A DNA stretch of 64,000 bases from Planctomycetota bacterium (GTDB lineage Bacteria > Planctomycetota > UBA8108 > SXIK01), in contig OZ244999.1 of NCBI GenBank assembly GCA_965223265.1, positions 3,584,001 to 3,648,000 of the forward strand. Direction: 5' to 3'. Made by a program: the position numbers and the translations under genes. A model generated the notes under the pieces. That model saw only the letters and a list, made by a program, of their open reading frames with translations, made no database searches and had not been told where the DNA came from. This document shows positions 60,468 to 64,000 of the stretch, piece after piece; the stretch's first letter is position 1, and each line of letters begins with the position of its first letter.

Positions 60468-61067
60468 TCACGGCGCCGGGAACCGCGCCGCGATTTCATC
60501 CCAGCTCTCAACGCGAGTCACGCGAGAGTGTGTCGCGTCGGCTGACGCGTTCCACGGGCGTGCGAAGAGAGCCACGTGCGTCCGGGTGCGCTCAGAAAGG
60601 AACTCCGTCGTCGCAAGGCAGTCCTCCACGGCGAGTCGAAAATCGGTCGCAGCAATCGAGTCCAGGTCGCTGCCGCGCCCACCGTAACGACCGTACTTGT
60701 CGACGAACGTGACGTCGTCGTGGGGTACCGCATGTGTGCACAACCAGTTGCGCGTCGCTTTCTCCGTCTCAGGGCGCCGTCCGGTCACAATGTGCACCGC
60801 ATAGCCAGAGCGCTGCCAGGCCTCCAGCACACGGAAGGCATCTGTGACCGGAGTGTACCGTTCGATCGTGTCGTCGGCCTCCGCAATCTCGAGGAGTCGA
60901 ACATGCTCGCTCGGATTGAGTGAGAAGGACTTCGCCAAGTCAAACGAAGCGATGCGCTCAAACACAACGCGCCGCCCAAACAGCCGATCCGCCAATCGAA
61001 TCAGCTCTCGCGTGGTCTCACACAACACGTCGTCGATGTCGACATAGATGGCTGGCTTTGCGCTCAC
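60468..61067 (-). CDS. HAD-family 5'(3')-deoxyribonucleotidase-like protein
   Basis: IYVDIDDVL, IVTGR, TRNWL, VED, ARPWN, RVESWDEI. Confidence 0.85.
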   Translation of the reverse strand: MSAKPAIYVDIDDVLCETTRELIRLADRLFGRRVVFERIASFDLAKSFSLNPSEHVRLLEIAEADDTIERYTPVTDAFRVLEAWQRSGYAVHIVTGRRPETEKATRNWLCTHAVPHDDVTFVDKYGRYGGRGSDLDSIAATDFRLAVEDCLATTEFLSERTRTHVALFARPWNASADATHSRVTRVESWDEIAARFPAP

Positions 61068-61119
61068 GTTTCCTGTGGACTCTCATGCTGAAACAAAAGC
61101 GGCACCAGGGTCGAATGTG

Positions 61120-62271
61120 TCATGCAGAGACGTAAGCTTCCGGACGCAGGTCGACGGAAAACTCCGACAAACACTCGAGGCCACTCTCCGTGACAAGATA
61201 GTTATGCTCGATCCGAACGCCAGCACGCAGTTCATCCCCGTAAAGGCCTGGCTCCGCCGTGAAAGCGTCTCCGATCTGGAAATGGTCGTCCCAGTGAGGG
61301 TTCAACCGCGGGGCCTCGTGCGCTGCCATACCGATGCCATGGCCCAGATGGTGAGAAAAACGCCACCCGTTGTGCCCATCGAGGCTGTTGAACACGTGAT
61401 CGTAAATCTCCCGGCAGCTCGCCCCGGGCCGCGCGTGCTCCTCCACGTAACTCAAGGCGGTCAGGACCTTCGCGTGTGCTTCGCTTTGCGCCGCGGTCGC
61501 CTCACCGCCGACGACGAGCGTGCGACAGACGTCTGCGCTGTAGCCACGATAGACAACGGAGACGTCTAGGATCACCATTTCGCCCGCACCGACGGGACGA
61601 GTTCGCGGCAGGCTACCAAGCGATCCGCACTGAAAATCGTTCCCGAATTCGATGATCGGCTCTCCGACACGACTGACAGCGGCGCCGAGCATCTCGGCGT
61701 ATAGATCCACCTCGCGTAAGCCCGGCTGAAGGACTTCTGCCGCGCGCCGATAAGCCGCCTCACATCCTGAAAGGGCGTGGCGCAAAATCGCCACCTCGTC
61801 CGCATCCTTCTGGCGACGCAGGCGCATGATCGCAGCCGAGAGGTCGTCTTCCGCCGCAACGCTGATCCCTCGCTCGCCGAGTGCCCACGCAAGCCCTCGA
61901 CGATCAAAGCCGACGCGTCCGCTACTCTGCAGGTAAGAACCCAGGCGGTCACACAGCGCGGAATCCTGATCGTCGACCAGCGTTGCGCATCGACTTGCCT
62001 CGTACTCGATCACTTCGCCGACGACCGAGTTCTCCACAGTAAACGGAACAAACAACCGGCTCGCGCCGTCGGCATCCAGGAGGAGCGCGCTGCGAAAAAG
62101 CGGTCGTCCCGCATACCAAAACCCCGTTAAGTAGTGAACGTGACGCGGCTGCGCGATCAACGCGGCCTTCAGTCCACGGGCTCGCAGGATCGAACACAAC
62201 CGCTCTTGCCGCGCGCGACAGCCCTCCGTCGTGAGTCCGACGGGTGTATCCTCACGTAGCCTTTCGTGCAC
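61120..62271 (-). CDS. Xaa-Pro peptidase (M24 family)
   Basis: Creatinase-like N-terminal domain; ILD...GYSADVCRT, HHLGHGIG..HEAP, TAEPGLY, GVRIE. Confidence 0.92.
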   Translation of the reverse strand: MHERLREDTPVGLTTEGCRARQERLCSILRARGLKAALIAQPRHVHYLTGFWYAGRPLFRSALLLDADGASRLFVPFTVENSVVGEVIEYEASRCATLVDDQDSALCDRLGSYLQSSGRVGFDRRGLAWALGERGISVAAEDDLSAAIMRLRRQKDADEVAILRHALSGCEAAYRRAAEVLQPGLREVDLYAEMLGAAVSRVGEPIIEFGNDFQCGSLGSLPRTRPVGAGEMVILDVSVVYRGYSADVCRTLVVGGEATAAQSEAHAKVLTALSYVEEHARPGASCREIYDHVFNSLDGHNGWRFSHHLGHGIGMAAHEAPRLNPHWDDHFQIGDAFTAEPGLYGDELRAGVRIEHNYLVTESGLECLSEFSVDLRPEAYVSA

Positions 62272-62312
62272 GCCTTACCTCGAGTTTGGCGCTCGCTCGG
62301 CGCGAGTCCCCA

Positions 62313-64000
62313 CTACTTCGACTCACTCCCGGCCACCGGAGTTCGATTCTCGGTTCGCGGACGTCTCGTCAACGGCGGCGCCGCCGCGCGCCACACGATC
62401 TCGAACTCTGCTTCGGCAATCGTCCGGCGGTCCCCGTCATGTTGTGCTGCGGCGCGAATGGTCAGCGGCATGTTGAATGGCCCCGCGTCCGCGCCGGCCT
62501 GCAACCGCAACTCGCCACGCGAAGCGTCGGCGGGGAGCACCACCGGGGCGGCGGTGACACCACGAATGTGTGCCGGCAAGATCAGCTCGCAGCGCATGGG
62601 AACAGTGAGCTCAGGACCTCGCAGCACCGTGAATGGCAGTGTGGCGCTCGCTCCAGGCCAAAGAACAACCGTCTCGTGCATGAGCTGAAGATCCAAACGC
62701 GGCGCCACAATGTTCAAAACGCCCTGGGTTCTTTCGCTGTCCGCATAGCAGACCACATGACGCTTCCCGTCAACCTCTACGACGCCGCTCGCTTGAATCA
62801 ACACGCGTGCAGTTCTCGGCGATTCCATTTCTGTCGCCAGATAAAAGGGAAAGTCAAAACGTTCAACGCCGGCAGGAATCGTCAGCACCCCGCCGCGCGC
62901 ACCTTGAAGATGGCGGCGCTGGCGATCGCAAAGCCTCACTTCAAGCGGTCCATCGAATCCGCCTCGCTCCAAGGCAAAGGTAATCCACTGCGTGTCACCG
63001 CGAGTCGCTCGCTTGTAGTACGGCCCCTCTGACTTGAGGGCAAAGGGAGTCTTGAGCCCGATAGCAAGGCGCGCATGATCAATCGTCCCGAGGCCACCTC
63101 CAAGACGGAATTCAGCACTGCGAGAGAAATGGAAGCCGCCGTGCGAGGCGCGCCCGCGGACACGGAGTTGGCTCGAGTCGAGCGGAGCATCGGCGGCGAC
63201 GCTGAATGCGAGACTCGTTTGCGATTTGTCCGCAGCAATTTCTGCGCCGGTCACGCTCACTCCAGGGGGCAGTCCTTCGACCTCAAGAGCAATCGGGCCA
63301 CTCAGCCCACCACGTCGCTCCGCCTGAATCGACAGTCCTCCCTTGCCGGCGCGATCGACGGTGATAGCGTCCGCCCCGAACTTCAACACCAAATCCGGGG
63401 CGTCGCGCAAGAGCGCGTTCAGTCGGTAGGCGAACTCAACTCCACCGCGCGAGGCGTAACGGTCTCGCACGTGGGCGTAGTACGTGCCGTCAGCGGGGAC
63501 GGAGAACTCCAGTGCGGCATCCGTTGTGCCGGCTGTGTCGTCCGCCGCGGCGACTTCTTCACCCGCAGCGTTGGTGAGCCGCAGAAGGGCATCGAGCTTC
63601 GTCCCCAGTCGATGGCCAAAGATCTCAAGACGAACGACACTACCAGCGGTCGCCGCGAAGGCCCAAACGTCGACGTCTTTGCCGCGGTCGACACGCCCGT
63701 TGGCAACGCCTGGCAGCGCCAAGCTTCCGGCGTTGCTGACGGTGTCGTTCGGCTCGTGCTCAAGGGTCTCGGGGACGTCGCTGACCTGAAAAGTGACTTG
63801 GTTCGACCGCTGCTCGCCGATGCGAAAACGGTACGTGTACGCCGGCGCATCAATGCGCGGCAGCTCGACCGCGTTGCGATACAACTCGCGCGAACCATCT
63901 GTGCTGGTATCGCCGGCTACAAACTCAACGCGGCTCCCCTTGCGGCCGCCCAGGGGATAAATCCACTCCGCAGTCGCCCCCTCAACGATCGTCATGCGGT
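62313..64000 (-). CDS. Planctomycete PPC (pre-peptidase C-terminal) domain protein, 5' end outside the window
   Basis: IYPLGGRKG, EHEPND, DVDVWAF, RLGTKLDALL, DGTYYAHVRD; the frame is open to the window edge. Confidence 0.85.
   Translation of the reverse strand, partial: RMTIVEGATAEWIYPLGGRKGSRVEFVAGDTSTDGSRELYRNAVELPRIDAPAYTYRFRIGEQRSNQVTFQVSDVPETLEHEPNDTVSNAGSLALPGVANGRVDRGKDVDVWAFAATAGSVVRLEIFGHRLGTKLDALLRLTNAAGEEVAAADDTAGTTDAALEFSVPADGTYYAHVRDRYASRGGVEFAYRLNALLRDAPDLVLKFGADAITVDRAGKGGLSIQAERRGGLSGPIALEVEGLPPGVSVTGAEIAADKSQTSLAFSVAADAPLDSSQLRVRGRASHGGFHFSRSAEFRLGGGLGTIDHARLAIGLKTPFALKSEGPYYKRATRGDTQWITFALERGGFDGPLEVRLCDRQRRHLQGARGGVLTIPAGVERFDFPFYLATEMESPRTARVLIQASGVVEVDGKRHVVCYADSERTQGVLNIVAPRLDLQLMHETVVLWPGASATLPFTVLRGPELTVPMRCELILPAHIRGVTAAPVVLPADASRGELRLQAGADAGPFNMPLTIRAAAQHDGDRRTIAEAEFEIVWRAAAPPLTRRPRTENRTPVAGSESK

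Overview
A GC-rich, gene-dense bacterial chromosomal segment, very probably Planctomycetota. The evidence is three DUF1501 + DUF1549/DUF1553 (planctomycete cytochrome c) loci, PPC and WD40 proteins, FRRGD-type dockerin-like tags and an ECF sigma factor with a very long C-terminal extension. About 40 CDS were called by eye from motifs, including ferritin, mnmA, aspC/tyrB, a RecQ-like helicase, surE, a NupC-type transporter, M42/M24 peptidases, a TusA+DsrE pair, a hybrid histidine kinase and a 1776-aa kinase-ATPase-TPR-sigma54 activator. No rRNA, tRNA or CRISPR array was seen. Best leads: (1) a tight operon of Ku, a stand-alone ATP-dependent ligase and a BRCT/MerR-HTH/TPR protein, possibly an undescribed three-component NHEJ system; (2) a 159-bp MITE with a CTAA target duplication that splits a transglutaminase-like gene (excision restores the frame exactly), with partial copies elsewhere; (3) the recurring, uncharacterised DUF1501/heme-c periplasmic module with swappable inserts; (4) tandem TTGAC-N7-GTCA palindromes over a leaderless promoter of the kinase-bEBP gene; (5) GTAG-type REP-like hairpins. 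No database searches were run.
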